This document shows, piece by piece, positions 12,427-25,290 of a stretch of DNA of 58,404 nucleotides (position 1 is its first letter; the number at the start of each line of letters is the position of its first letter). The notes under the pieces were generated by a model, which saw nothing but the letters and a program-made list of their open reading frames with translations, searched no databases and was not told the origin of the DNA. Made by a program: the position numbers and the translations under genes. Where the stretch lies: assembly GCF_001194135.2 (NCBI RefSeq), contig NC_068998.1:8311002-8369405 (forward strand), in the 5' to 3' direction. Source of the stretch: Octopus bimaculoides (lineage: Eukaryota).

Positions 12427-13209
12427 CATAAAAACTATAGAATTTGGTCCAGTTCATTAGAATAGTTCTTTTCAGTGCTTTTATATGTGATAAAGAGAAA
12501 CAGGTAAAAAGAAAAATATATACGAATAATGAAATTATAAATACGGTAGCTTTTGGAAAGTCTGGTTGTATTTAATTACTGCAGATACTAATATATTTTG
12601 GAGTTTCATTGTGTTCTGCAATCACACATATTCTGTCTGCTTGTTTCTACTGAAGTTATTCAAAATGGATTATCGATGTAACGGCAGATAGTTCAATATT
12701 ATATGTTATTTTATACTATTTCATTCTATTTTTATTCGTATTTTAGGTGACATAAGCATCAAGGATGCTCTGCCCATTATAAAAACTTCACGGTCTTCTG
12801 GGAGGTTTTGCCTGCACTTCTATGTTCATCGGAATGTTGGAAACCTTCCCGTATTATCACTAGGTACCTCGGGTCACGAGCGTTTCGCTCCTTAGCTTGT
12901 ACGCTTCGCTTGATTGTGGTAGCGAGGACTAAAGTAGTTTTCTCTTGCAGAAGCGCTCAGACTCTTACCAAACTTAACTAACATAAATGCTAGAATTTAA
13001 TCCAGTTCATTAGAGTAGTACTCCGCGAGGTTCTTATATGTGAATTGAGAAAATTAGTTAAAAAGGTAAAAAAGAAGTGATGATAATAGATTTTGGAATA
13101 TTTATGTAGGTCTTATAGGTGTATATTGTAATTAATTGTTAACAGATTTTCATATATTATACGCTACTTTATTTTGCAAGTTTCGCATATTTTGCTCGCT
13201 AGTTCCTAC
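12427..13209 (+). repeat. Diverged direct repeat, about 225 bp x 2, spacing about 555 bp
   Basis: 12427-12650 vs 12982-13209 share tagaattt..tccagttcattaga.tagt, ttatatgtga, ttttggaa, ttgta.ttaatt and catatt.tg..gct.gtt.ctac. Confidence 0.75.
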
Positions 13210-14372
13210 ATGTATCAGTACGAATTGATTTTAGCTGTAAGGGTAGATACACTCATCATTTTACCAGTTTCAACTCGAAGGCACCACCAACTGGTGCACT
13301 GCATTTTCATTAATCCTCCTTTAATAGTTGGCTTTCAGTGAAAGTGGGAATTTGATGCAACTGCCCTCATTCCCACTTCCTGCTGTTAAATTTGAATCTC
13401 AAGCTATTACAGAAGCCGGTCGAGTATTTCGAAGGCAAGAATGGAATTTTTAAGCACTATACAATAACAACTTGCTCCAACGATAGTATAACTGTCTACT
13501 CCGACGTTTAGAACGATTCCTTCCAGGATCTTCCACGTGTGCATTGAAGCTTAGTTTATATTTCATTTGTATTTATGTCGCTGAAAGAAATAAAATAAAT
13601 TGCCTCTTATAGCAATTGTCACTAGTGCACCTTTAACAAGTAAAACAAAATATATAATCGTGTAAAGATTCAAACACATATCTTAATGAACCCCAGCAAT
13701 GGGCTGAACATCGAACGTAATGATATGGCTGTAAGATTTAAAGTACATGTAATAATCATCATACAGTAGAAGACGTCAAATCTAAGGCCTCAGGAAGCAA
13801 CAAATTTCCTAGGCTCACCATTTATATATTTGCTCATACCCGTTGGAAATATTTTACAGATGGCTGAGCTGTTGAATGGTGATTATCTCATTTGAATTTT
13901 ATTGATATGTATCCTATAGCTTCGTGCGTTTCGTAGCCGCGACAAAATTTATTTAATTATAAGAAGTAGAATAAATTGATATCCTGATTTCGTTTAGCAT
14001 TCCTGCTCTTTGAGTGCTTTTAGCAAAATATTTCTCTATTTTGAGTATCCACGCAGAAATCACGGTGATAATAATGACTGTTACTGAATATATGACATCA
14101 GCCTGTTAGATTTTATCAAAGAAATCATTTAATTGTGATATGCAATACACACCTTTTCTTTTTCTCTCTCTCACTGTATATATATATGTGTGTGTGTGTG
14201 TGTTTAAAACGCACAGGCGTACACACACACACACACATATATATGTTTAAAATATATCCTATTGTCTTAGAATTTCAAGGACCCGTTGGATAATATATGT
14301 TCTGTGATATACGAAACAACGGAAAAATTTGCAGCTGGAACTCTTTTGATCATGCCTGATCCATCCCCAATG

Positions 14373-14435
<63 letters not shown>

Positions 14436-14734
14436 TAAAATATATTTCACCACCAACCACCAACAAGAACAAAAAAGACAAGAGGAAACGTATATCATTT
14501 ATCAGATGAACAATAGATAAAACATGAAATGACATACCATTGCATCGCTACGATTGAAACGGCCATCGATCTCTCTAGATAGTCATTAATCTTTATTATT
14601 TAAACAATTTGACGTCCACTCTGTGTGTTTCTCACGGCCTGCAACACTTGTGACATTCATCCTGGTTTCATTTTTTTATGCAAACTCTTAGCAAAATACA
14701 CCTCATTAAAGCATTTCTCAATTTATCTGCGTTA

Positions 14735-14848
14735 GCATGGATGTGTGGTTAAGAAGCTCACTGTGAAACCAAATGGTTTCGCGCTCGTTCCCATTAGGTA
14801 GAAATTGAGGCAATTATTTTTTATTTTAGTCCCGGGCCGATGGAAACT
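14735..14848 (+). mobile_element. SINE family A, old truncated copy
   Basis: tgtgtggttaagaagc...ccaaatggtttc...cccgggccga matches the family A head and body. Confidence 0.6.
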
Positions 14849-15198
14849 ATGTGGGTGTCTGTTGTGTGTGTGCTTTTGTATATAGATATATNNNNNNNNN
14901 NCAGTTTTGTATTAGAAAACCAAGAATTTATACAAGGCTGTAAAAGAAGTGTTCAAACTAGTTGAGACATAGGTACAAAGTTAATTGCAGAATAAAACCG
15001 TTAGGTCATCGACTCAAAAAGTCATAGCCCACCAATGACCAGATATAAGAAGTACAGTATAAACCCTAAAACCAAATTAGTAAAGGGAGGTCAAAATGTT
15101 TATACATAAGAATAAAAATCGATTAAAAATACAATAGAATAATATAAATAGATAAATAAACTGCGATTAAAAGTTCATTAAAAATATTAGAGACCGGT

Positions 15199-16210
15199 AC
15201 AAATACAGTAGAATATACATATATATATATAGAAAAAATATAGAGAAGAAAAATACATAGGGAGACGTAGCACAACAGTTCATTCGTTGAGGCCAATAGC
15301 CAATAAAAAAAGTTCAAGATAAATAGTACGAAAGTTCAACTACCTCCCTCATGACAGCAAATTTAGTAGGTAAAAGTTCCTTTTCTAATGAGAAATATTA
15401 TAATTCCACAACACTCGCCTCTTACCTGCATGACCTCAAGAAGAGGAATAAGAAGTACTATCTTGAATGGTCAATCTTATCTAGAACCCCCCAATTTAGG
15501 GCTAATATTAGCAAGTGCTTATTATGAATTAGGGAATCCCTTTTCCATTCTTAGGTCTTTTGCCCGAAAACGTTGAATAAGTTTATCGAGGTAATCCCTT
15601 TTTGCAATCATAAATTTTCCTCCACCTTCCTAAAACTATATAAAAATAAAAATAAGAACAAAAATAATAGTATTAGTAGTGGTAATAATGGTAGTAATGG
15701 TGATAGTAATGGTAATGATAAAAATAAGAATTAAAATAAATAGACCAAAATATTGATATTAAAATAATAATAAAAATATGGATACAATGGTAGTATTTAT
15801 TTTTTATCATGACTTACGTTGGATTTGAAACCTAATAGTTTTAGTTACCAAACCTGCCTGACTATTCTAAAGGGTATACTAAAAATTAAACTTTTCTTTT
15901 TTTTTTTTTTGGTCTGGTCCTGCGGAATGGTGAAACTTGGATTTTACTTTGCCACACTTTGGATGTTCTGTTGTTGTTTTGTCCCGTGCGCTTCGGTATT
16001 CCTGTTTATGAACTTGAATTTTACCTACTAAATTTGCTGTCATGAGGGAGGTAATGAACTTTCGTACAACTTAAACTTAATCTTCTTTTATTAGCTATTA
16101 ATCTCAACGAATGAACTATTTTACTACGTCTCCTTATGTATTATTTTTTTCTCTATATTATTTTTTCTATATATATATATATATATACTTTTTTATTCTA
16201 CTGTATTTGT
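15199..16210 (+). mobile_element. Penelope-like element remnant: GIY-YIG endonuclease C-terminal fragment between inverted repeats
   Basis: 15402-15620 translates NSTTLASYLHDLKKRNKKYYLEWSILSRTPQFRANISKCLL*IRESLF.../LNKFIEVIPFCNHKF, resembling the Penelope EN C-terminus (NSTxLSxxxWxLK...WSI...CxLC...LNKxxE...CxH). Flanked by an inverted repeat, 15199-15375 vs 16019-16210. Confidence 0.75.
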
Positions 16211-16875
16211 TTCCGAGTTCAAATTTCCCCGGGGTAATAGAAGTCGTTTACCCAATTTTGTTCAACCATCATTTCTGTGTTCAGTTGCAAACCTTTGCAG
16301 GTCTGAGGATAGAACCAAAATTCTCTGAAGTGAATTTTTTTAAAAACAAAGTCATACTCGGTCTTGTAATGTATGTTAACTTGATATATATTTTACAGTA
16401 TGTTTAGCATGTTTTTTTTTCCAAAGTTGCTCATCTGTATGGAAATTAAACTCTCCTATAAGATAATATATTCCAACTGTGCCACTGCATTTTCCGTAAG
16501 CAGAATGTTAAGGGTTTAAATTTGTCTAACGTTTGATTCATATTTTAAGATTGTAGGAGGAAATTTCATTGGGCATCTATTTCTAACAGGCCAAGTGAAC
16601 TCGTGCACAGAGTGTTGCGTTTAACTAAGGTTTCGTTAGTATTAAATTTGATAGTGCCAGTCGTGAAAAAGGTGGTCTTGTAAAGACTATTATCTGAGCT
16701 CCTTTCATTACACATAAAGAATACATAGCATCTTGTTGCCAATCAGATATCCCCCTTTCGCACCGCCTCTCACACACTATTTCTTGCGCTTTCTATCTCT
16801 CTATATATCTATCTATCTATCTATGAACGTATCTGCCTATCAATTTATCTCTTCCTCATATTTGTCGTCTGCCAC

Positions 16876-16949
<74 letters not shown>

Positions 16950-17417
16950 AGTAAATCATATTCAAAACGGTTCTTCATATTTACACACAAAATTTTCTTC
17001 AGAATCTGCTAGTTTGAAACAACCAATAAGTTACTGATCTTATTTGGAAGAGAAAGAAAATCTAAGAGAAACGAAGACAAAAAGTAGCGTTCTTCTGTTT
17101 CGTGTTATTGTTGTTTATTTCATTCATTTCTTTGTTGTTGTCATTACAGACACGAATTGATTATCAAATGTTCACATCACATAAATTATTTTATTTTATT
17201 TTTTTTCTCAGCTTCATTTCCTAGTCTTTGCGTGACATATTCTAAATAATTTATTGCTACAACGTTGCAAGATTCCAGAGTTGGCACATATGGCTCCATC
17301 TTATCTCAGTTTAGACATCTCATTTTATTTGCATTTGTATTTTATTTCACACGGCCTTCACCACCACTGCCATCTTCTTTCGCCATCTGTTCATCCCCAT
17401 GTCCTCTTATACACATT

Positions 17418-17468
<51 letters not shown>

Positions 17469-17469
17469 G

Positions 17470-17507
<38 letters not shown>

Positions 17508-19578
17508 TTCTCTCTCGCGCGCGCACACATGCATACACTCACACACACTCTGTCTTTTCCTCCCCTTCTGTCCTTCTCTGTTGATCTCCTCCTACAATTT
17601 CCACTTTATATTGATGCTGTCTTATCTTTCTAAATCCATACAGTAAATACCGTACTTTCTCTCACTCTTTCTCTCCTTTTTGATTTCTTTATTTTTTATT
17701 TATTTATTTATTCTTCTTGTCTTTCTTATCTTTTCTCTCTACTTCCCAAGTGTACCCATTTTACCATGCTTTTCTACATCATTTCCACTTTTGTTCTCAT
17801 CATATCTCAAAAGTTTCGGTACGCATTCATACAAAGAAACCTAATTCATATCACGTAAGTGTTATTTCTGCTATTCATCATAATATCGCTTTATCACCTT
17901 CTTGTAGGAGCGGTTCAGCATGAGCAGCGCACACCTCTACCTCATTACAAGAATTAGTATACATATATATGTATGTATATATGTATGTGTGTGTGTATGA
18001 ATGACTTTATGTATGTACGTCTGTATCATTATTATTTTTGTACCTGTGCGTGTGCGTCTATTTTCGTGTCTCCGTTCTGTTCATGTTCTTTTATAATATA
18101 AAATGTTTTAAAATGAACGTGCGTCTCCAATCCAGTCAATGTAATTATCCAAACTGACTACGAACTTCTATACACACTTCTTGCTAAGCTACTCCTATAT
18201 CTTTTAGTATTAGCTGCATTGGTAATTAACTGACCTAGCATTAAACTTTATCACCTATAGATAGTCGTTATCGGATTACAATTTACATAACACCTACAGC
18301 TCTTTCCTGCTATAGCATGTCTAAGACATGACGATCATTGTTGCTGATATTTGCAGTTCTTAATCAGCTCAGAACGTGCAGTATTGTGAGATAAGACCAT
18401 CTATCTACGAACAAATCTTTTATTTTAGCTATTTTATATTTAGAACTACATTACCCAAAGTGTCATCTTGTTAAATAGTTGGGTATGATTCAAGAAGGGA
18501 TTTACACCTATTTCAACCAACTTAAGCGGCCACATTCTGTTTCCCTAGGCAACTCAGTAAATAGGATGTCAGCATGTTTATCATAGCGTCAATGGATAGT
18601 ATGATATCTCAAGCACACTATTCAACTTCTCGTCCACTGTCATACGTTTCATTCCCACAAGGCCTGTTAAAACACACACACACACACACACACACCTATA
18701 TACGTATATGTATGTATGTAATGTATGTATGTGTGCATGCATGTATGTCTTCGTATGTGTATGTTTGGGTGTGTGCATGTATGCATCGTGACAGCTATAA
18801 GAATCACAAGCGATTGATAAAGGGTTAATGAAAATTGCTATCAACTTTTAGCAACCGATCAAAATATGAAAATTCTAATATTGTTAGAGCTTCGAGAAGA
18901 ATGGCACCATCTAAGCTGACTTGTCCTCGACGCAGTCATTAATAGTTCAGCCAAGCCTTAATGAAATTGGCACCAGTGAAGGAATGGGTCTTGATGTGGC
19001 TGCTTAGTCAGCTAGGAAGAGAAATGAATTATAGATTGCAAATTACACTATGACATGGTCAAAACTTAGAGCACGTTAGAAGATTCAGCAGCTCTTCTTG
19101 AATGGAAGAGGTGCGGAAAAATAAAATATTATTGAGCATGTAATTTTTTTTTTTATCAGAGTTGGTCAGGGTTAAACAAGAATAACAATGGATAGCAAAT
19201 AGCCTATAGTTCTTGAGAAGGTTTGACTAAAAGGTCATGGTTGGTGCACGTTGATTATGTATTATCTTTTTACAAGATCTGCTCAAATGCTAAACACATA
19301 CATATACAAGACTTCTATGGTTACGCGTAACTCTACATTTGCTCATTTCAAGCCTGGGAAAAATATTTCTAGGGAATCTAATGGTTTCCAGGCCATACAA
19401 TTCTTGCATCTCCAATGTCTATACAAGGAACCGATGTTCGTCGAAAGAATATGTTGTCGACTGAATTTGAATAGAAATCTTGCCTTTGTATCTTCTACTC
19501 ATATGCGACGGAGATACGAGATTTAACCGCCAAATTAGAATTCGAAATCGGAGTACAGAGACTTTCATGAGATATTAT

Positions 19579-19855
19579 GAAGCTGTGAATCAAGAGGTCT
19601 TCTTCCCAACCACATTGTTCTGGATTCAGTCCCACAACATAGTAGCTTGAGTAAGTGTGTTCTGTTAGAACCCCAGGCCATTTAAAGTACTGTTAGTGAA
19701 TTCGATAAACGGAAACTGAAACATCGTCGTGCAAATGAGAGGTGCTAAATCAAACTCCATTCTTCACCAAGTGCCACATATTGTAAGAGGGTCCCTGTAA
19801 TAACAGTGTAGCAACACGGTGGTGCATCAGCATGGCCGCAGCCCTGAGCTGAAAC
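19579..19855 (+). mobile_element. SINE family A with a truncated D module, diverged
   Basis: cttcccaaccacattgttctggattcagtcccac...ggaaactgaa, then ggtgcatcagcatggccgcag (D-module end). Confidence 0.7.
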
Positions 19856-19864
19856 TTTGAAATG

Positions 19865-19902
<38 letters not shown>

Positions 19903-20110
19903 GTGTGTGTTATTGTGTCCATGTTTGTCCCCTACCATCATCTGACAACTCGTGTTATGTGCGGAAGTCCCTCGTAACATAGTGGTTCGCAAAGGAGACT
20001 GATATAATAAGTACTAGTTTTTAAGAGACAATAAGTTATGTGGTCGCTTCGTTCAGATAAAATTCTTCAAAGAGGTACCTCATCATGGCCGCTGCTCAAT
20101 TACTAAAGCA
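19903..20110 (+). mobile_element. SINE D module, diverged
   Basis: tttgtcccctaccatcatctgacaac...cgtaacatagtggttcgcaaaggagactgatataataagtactag matches 23995-24190. Confidence 0.75.
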
Positions 20111-21793
20111 ATTAATAATTCTATCCGAAGTTCTAAGGAGTCTGTCACATTGGGAAAAGAACAAAATTAACTTCATTTTGTGAAATTATAATAATAAATT
20201 AATCGAATAAAAAAAATTGTAACGTCATCGAGGGTTCGTATTTGATCACAGTTCGTATTGGATCATAGATAGGGTTTCAACGGAACTAAATGACATAACT
20301 TAATGTTATGATTCTTCTACCGCATGAATCATTACTTGAATTCTCCTACCAGCCAGCACGATAGACTTCAGATTATTGCGGAAAATCTTAGTTATTAATT
20401 AACGTTTTGACACAAAACACATTCTTCAACTTTTTATCCACGACCAAATCTTCGAATTAGTTATTGCAGTACGTTGGGTAATGCAACCAGTTTATTAAAC
20501 ATTCATTGCAGCGATCTTATGAGGCAGCTTCAACGCAGTCATTCGATTGACCTGTTTAAATTTGCAGCAGCATCTCAAAAGGCTCTTTATAGAAGAATGG
20601 TACATTGCTTAATGCAATCCTTGATACATGTACATAAACGCAAATAAATATAGTCTAGACCGCCCATGACTGTGGTAAACCCGGTGTTAAACTGTAATAA
20701 TAAAATTTGTTTCAATATTGCTTTGGAACCAATGTATATATTAACTGCACTGTTACACTGCAAAAATCTCTTAAATCTAACGTGAGTTGTTATTGGATGA
20801 TATCAAATATATAAGTTTGTTATTTCAATCGCCAAACTGAATAAATATATACAGTTCTGTATACAAAAGCAAATCACAAACATCTGTTGTCTATGAACAA
20901 AAGCTCTTCAATCTGTTCTGCTGTATCCACGTAAATCTATTACAAAATCGTGCGTCAGAACACTTATTATTATCAGTTACATAATATGGATTGAAACTCA
21001 TAAATTTGCTGTGCTGTGCTAAGAGATAAGAAAAAGCAAACCTGTCAAATAACTTCTGCTAAACTTGAAATAAATATTAACAAAAATTTTAAATAATAGT
21101 AAAATAAAGACGTTGTACATTATAAAAGTCAGCACTTCCAAAAATTTCAGGAATTATTTATGTAAAGCGCGATTGGTTTAAACTCTGATAAGCATATTTA
21201 GTAGCTTTAAAGATTTAAAGATTACAATCTCGGTAGCAATAAACTAAATGGCTGTGGCATCTTATCTTGACTTTGAGGTAGGATTGTTGCCAGCAAATGG
21301 ATGCATGCTAGGATTAAGAATATCTAGTGAAGTATGTAGTCTTTACAGAGCAATTTTTTGATTATTTCATTAGTTTCTTTCTAAAGAGTGTGACCATGGT
21401 ACACATCTTCCTCAACATTTCTTAATTCGATTGTTTCTATAACACTTGTGATATCTTGTTGGAAGCTTCTTTTCATTTTCAACGGTTTCCAGATGGATGA
21501 CCTTTACATAAAAAGATATAACTCGGACGGAATTTTTTTTTTAAATCAATGTTTGAGGTTAGAGTCACCAGCATATCTGTCCGTGATCTTCGAAATCAAA
21601 ACTATTAAAAGAATTGTACAAAACAGACTACATATTTCACCAAATAAATCTGTCCCCTTTATGCACTAGTCTGCTTGCAACCATCTCATTTCTAAGACAA
21701 AATATTCATAGCACATAAACAAAATGTGATTAATTATAACTATAACAACACCGCGAGCAACGTGTTATGAAAAGCAGTAAGGAACACTTAGAA

Positions 21794-22460
21794 CAGTGGT
21801 TCGCAAAACGTGTGCTGGGGCGCAGTGGTGCACCCCAGAAGATGTCTAGGTGCACCTTGAGATTTTCCAAAGACGTGCATTCAGATATAAAGAAGTAAAA
21901 TGCATAGCTACTTTCTTATATTATACAATTACCTTACGGATATACCGGTATTTCCGTCAACACAAGATTAAATTATAACAGCAGCACTCTTCTTTGCAAC
22001 GATCAGAGAGCTTCAAGCCTGCAAGCAGGTTCGATATGCGTTAAAAACACGTCTTGAACGAGATTTGAACGATTCTGTAACAGCCAAGCATGCGGCAGTG
22101 TGGCACTTGCAGGCGGTGGTAGCAGGCGTGGGGTCTTCATTGTGTTAAACAGGCGTCCAGAGTGGAAGTGCTATTATTTTCGCTTGCACGAAAGTACACC
22201 CATACAAAATAGATAGGTTTCTTATTAAAAAAGAAGCGTGATATTAATGAATGTGAACCTGGAAGTGAGCAAAACTTAAGTGAAACAAGTTGTTCAAATA
22301 AGAAAGTGAAATCACAGCCTACTCACAAGTAGGATGCAAGTTATCCAAGCGTTGGTCTCACATGGACCGGAAGTGAAGAGCATCCTTTGCCGCCGTGTTT
22401 AATATGTGGAAATAAAATGTCAAAAGAATCATTGTTTTTAAAAAAACTTAGACGATTTAC
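21794..22460 (+). mobile_element. hAT-Charlie (Buster/SPIN-like) DNA transposon, 5' fragment
   Basis: Starts CAGTGGTTCGCAAA, a Charlie-type TIR, preceded by the 8-mer ACTTAGAA with a central TA. Decayed transposase N-terminus follows at 22209-22458. Confidence 0.8.
22209..22458 (+). pseudogene. hAT-Charlie transposase N-terminus / BED finger remnant
   Basis: With one frameshift and one stop: (M)DRFLIKKKRDINECEPGSEQNLSETSCSNKKVKSQPTHK*DASYPSVGLTWTGSEEHPLPPCLICGNKMSKESLFLKKLRRF. Matches the Buster/ZBED5-type motif KYDxSYLxxGFTWTG..PxPxCxICxxxLSNESM.PSKLKRH. Confidence 0.8.
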
Positions 22461-22625
22461 TTAGTTTCCTCCTATTCTTCTCTGAACCACCACGAAGATC
22501 CTGCAATGATCCATGGGCACTAAACTTCTTTATTGAACAAAAATACCAAATACGAATATATACAAACTCACTCCTTCGTTCAACTCCTATCCAATGCTAG
22601 CGTAGAAGCTTTTTTCGAGTCTTCT

Positions 22626-22736
22626 TCAGAAGGCAGCTTTCAGTACAAAATAAGTTAAACGTCTTACAATTGTTATTCTTCTCGTATATTCAACATTTAT
22701 GAGGAGAATGCCAATCAAGTTTGACAATTTCTTAAA
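22626..22736 (-). CDS. Candidate exon FKKLSNLIGILLINVEYTRRITI(VRRLTYFVLKAAF*) (unverified)
   Basis: Strong acceptor attatctttctccattcag|. Only phase 0 is open. Either a donor |gtaaga after 22668, or a stop at 22626-22628 followed by a donor |gtgagt after 22572. Confidence 0.25.
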   Translation of the reverse strand, partial: FKKLSNLIGILLINVEYTRRITIVRRLTYFVLKAAF

Positions 22737-23006
22737 CTGAATGGAGAAAGATAATTTAAACAAACTGATTCCCCATGAAACATACGAAGGGGATCGAGCA
22801 AAACTATTATTTTCACGAACAAAAAAAAGAAATTATTAAATTCTACATTGAGCTCGAGGTCTATATCTTATTTATAAAGGTACCCAGGTATCTCTGTCTA
22901 TTCAAAATCTGCAGTGAAATATAAAATTCTCTATACGTTGTATGTTATCTATTTTTCAATTATATATATATATACACACACATACATGCATGCATACATA
23001 CATACA

Positions 23007-23044
<38 letters not shown>

Positions 23045-23650
23045 ATCGTCTTTACAATGGCTGCAGTAGGAATATAATAATATTTGCTCAATTTGTTTTC
23101 AGAGCAATTATATCATATATTTTTTTTCTCTCCACATTCTCCTATTGTATTTTCCGCTCTTCCCTATCGTAAAGATTTGTGGTTTTATTTGTTGTTTTTC
23201 CAGTCTCCCTTATTAGAACACAAAACATAACTGCTTAAACTTTTATTGCTAGTAAAATGTTCGGGTATATTTATTTTTTACTCTTATTACAATGTGGATT
23301 TTCATCGAAATCTCTATTCACATATCTATGAGCGAATATAATAACTATCATCATGGTATTATTTCGGTTGGAAACGCTGTCCAGGTTTACGAAGTCTTCT
23401 TTTACTTTTATATTAATAAATATTGAAAGATTTTAGTGTGAAATGGTGGCTTTGGTTTCTTTTAAATTATATTTATTACCATTTTTCCGTGTCAGTAACT
23501 GTTGTATAGTTTGGTAAACTCAAAATATTGAAGCAGTAAGCTTATCCATTCTCTTGCTATATTCACATTCACATCACCAAAAATGTATGGACGGGTATCG
23601 GTACGTGTATATGTATATACCTAGGTATATACAAAGATATATATATATAT

Positions 23651-23774
23651 ATGTATAATTTTGTGTGTCTGTTTGTCCTCCAACATCGCTTGACAACCGA
23701 TGCTGGTATGTTTACGTCCCCGTAACTTAGCGGTTCAGCAAAAGATACCGATAGAATAAGTACTAGGCTTACAC
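23651..23774 (+). mobile_element. SINE D module, identical to 23986-24109, truncated by a gap
   Basis: 124 bp identical to the copy on the other side of the gap. Confidence 0.9.
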
Positions 23775-23893
23775 NNNNNNNNNNNNNNNNNNNNNNNNNN
23801 NNNNNNNNNNNNNNNNNNNNNNNNNNNNNNNNNNNNNNNNNNNNNNNNNNNNNNNNNNNNNNNNNNNNNNNNNNNNNNNNNNNNNNNNNNNNN

Positions 23894-24190
23894 CGATAGC
23901 CTCGGGCTGACCAAAGCTTGTGAGTGGATTTGGTAGACAGACATTGAAAGAAGCCCGTCGTATTTAAGTACATATATATATATATATGTATAATTTTGTG
24001 TGTCTGTTTGTCCTCCAACATCGCTTGACAACCGATGCTGGTATGTTTACGTCCCCGTAACTTAGCGGTTCAGCAAAAGATACCGATAGAATAAGTACTA
24101 GGCTTACACAGAATATGTCCTGGGGTCGATTTCTTCGACAACAAGCGGTGCTCCAGCATGGCCACAGTCAAATGACTGAAACAAGTAAAA
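23894..24190 (+). mobile_element. SINE family A 3' body + (AT)n linker + D module (young-looking copy)
   Basis: gcctcgggctgaccaaagcttgtgagtggatttggtagac...gaagcccgtcg, then (AT)n, then caacatcgcttgacaaccgatgctgg...ggcggtgctccagcatggccacagtcaaatgactgaaacaagtaaaag. Confidence 0.92.
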
Positions 24191-24451
24191 GTATGTATGT
24201 GTGTATATATATAAATATATGTTTGTATGTATGCGTTTATATACATGTGTATGCACACACTCGCACAGACATATTTACACTTAATTTTCAGATACTGTTG
24301 TTGATATTAACAAAGATACAAACTATTTATATAGATTTTGCAAGTAAAAAACAGCACTCTCGGTACCCTACTGAAAAACAGTACACAGATACTAGGCATT
24401 AATGATCGTTATACAGCATGATCGAAATATTGCTAACCATTTATGGTTTGC

Positions 24452-24523
<72 letters not shown>

Positions 24524-24953
24524 TAGACACATAGAGCCCAAATATACAGAAACCGTAAAACAAGGTGAACGATCAACAAGCAGATTTTATTACGTAGACG
24601 CTCAAGAAGAGCTCATTACAGTTTTGCGCGTATACTCTTCAATACAGAAGTCAGGTGAGGAGAATGAAACGATAGTGAAAAAGCCAGACCTGCTCGAGTT
24701 AAAAGGAAAGTTTGGCGCTCTGGACACCATCGCTTCCTATATTCCACACGGTTTGAATGTAGCTGCAACACCGAAGAATCAATGGTATTGATTTCGTAAC
24801 AGCGTTTCCCTTCTTTTGGGAACGCGCGTATGCAACATAATGCTGAAATACATCAATTACGTTTACTGCATTCCTTATCCCCATACATACTGATATACAT
24901 ACATATGTATACACATATATATAAATGTATATATGTATGTAGAAATATGTGCT

Positions 24954-24987
<34 letters not shown>

Positions 24988-25197
24988 GTAAAAGTGTGTA
25001 TGAATTTATATTTATGTATATTTATATCTGCGTTTCTGAATACTTGTGTTCTTTATATTTGCACTGTACATCTTCTCTTCTAACCTAATTCCGTTTTTTT
25101 AAAATTATTATTCCTATTCTTCTCCCTGTAAAATCATATCTAACGACAGTATGGAATGCCATATGGAAAATGACGCGATGATTAGCAATTAATTTAC

Positions 25198-25290
25198 CAG
25201 TAAATTCCCTATGTGTGGGGGTATCTCTCTTTCGTGCCTAAGAGCAACTTCGACGTAGGAAACTATCATTATTCTGAATCCATACTTGTA
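25198..25290 (-). CDS. Candidate internal exon YKYGFRIMIVSYVEVALRHEREIPPHIGNLL (unverified)
   Basis: Branch-like gctaat, strong tract atttttttcgttatcgcag|, donor |gtaaat. 93 nt, phase 0 to 0, the only open frame. Confidence 0.4.

Noticed and set aside
6865-17854. Plus-strand exon candidates 6865-6908, 12747-12863 and 17751-17854
   Set aside because: They have plausible splice signals but give no recognisable protein. They show that pseudo-exons are common here, which is why the minus-strand chain is also given low confidence.
20430-20740. Possible Tc1 C-terminal remnant (FNAVIR-like) and TIR-like end
   Set aside because: Similarity is too short and no catalytic motif is recoverable.
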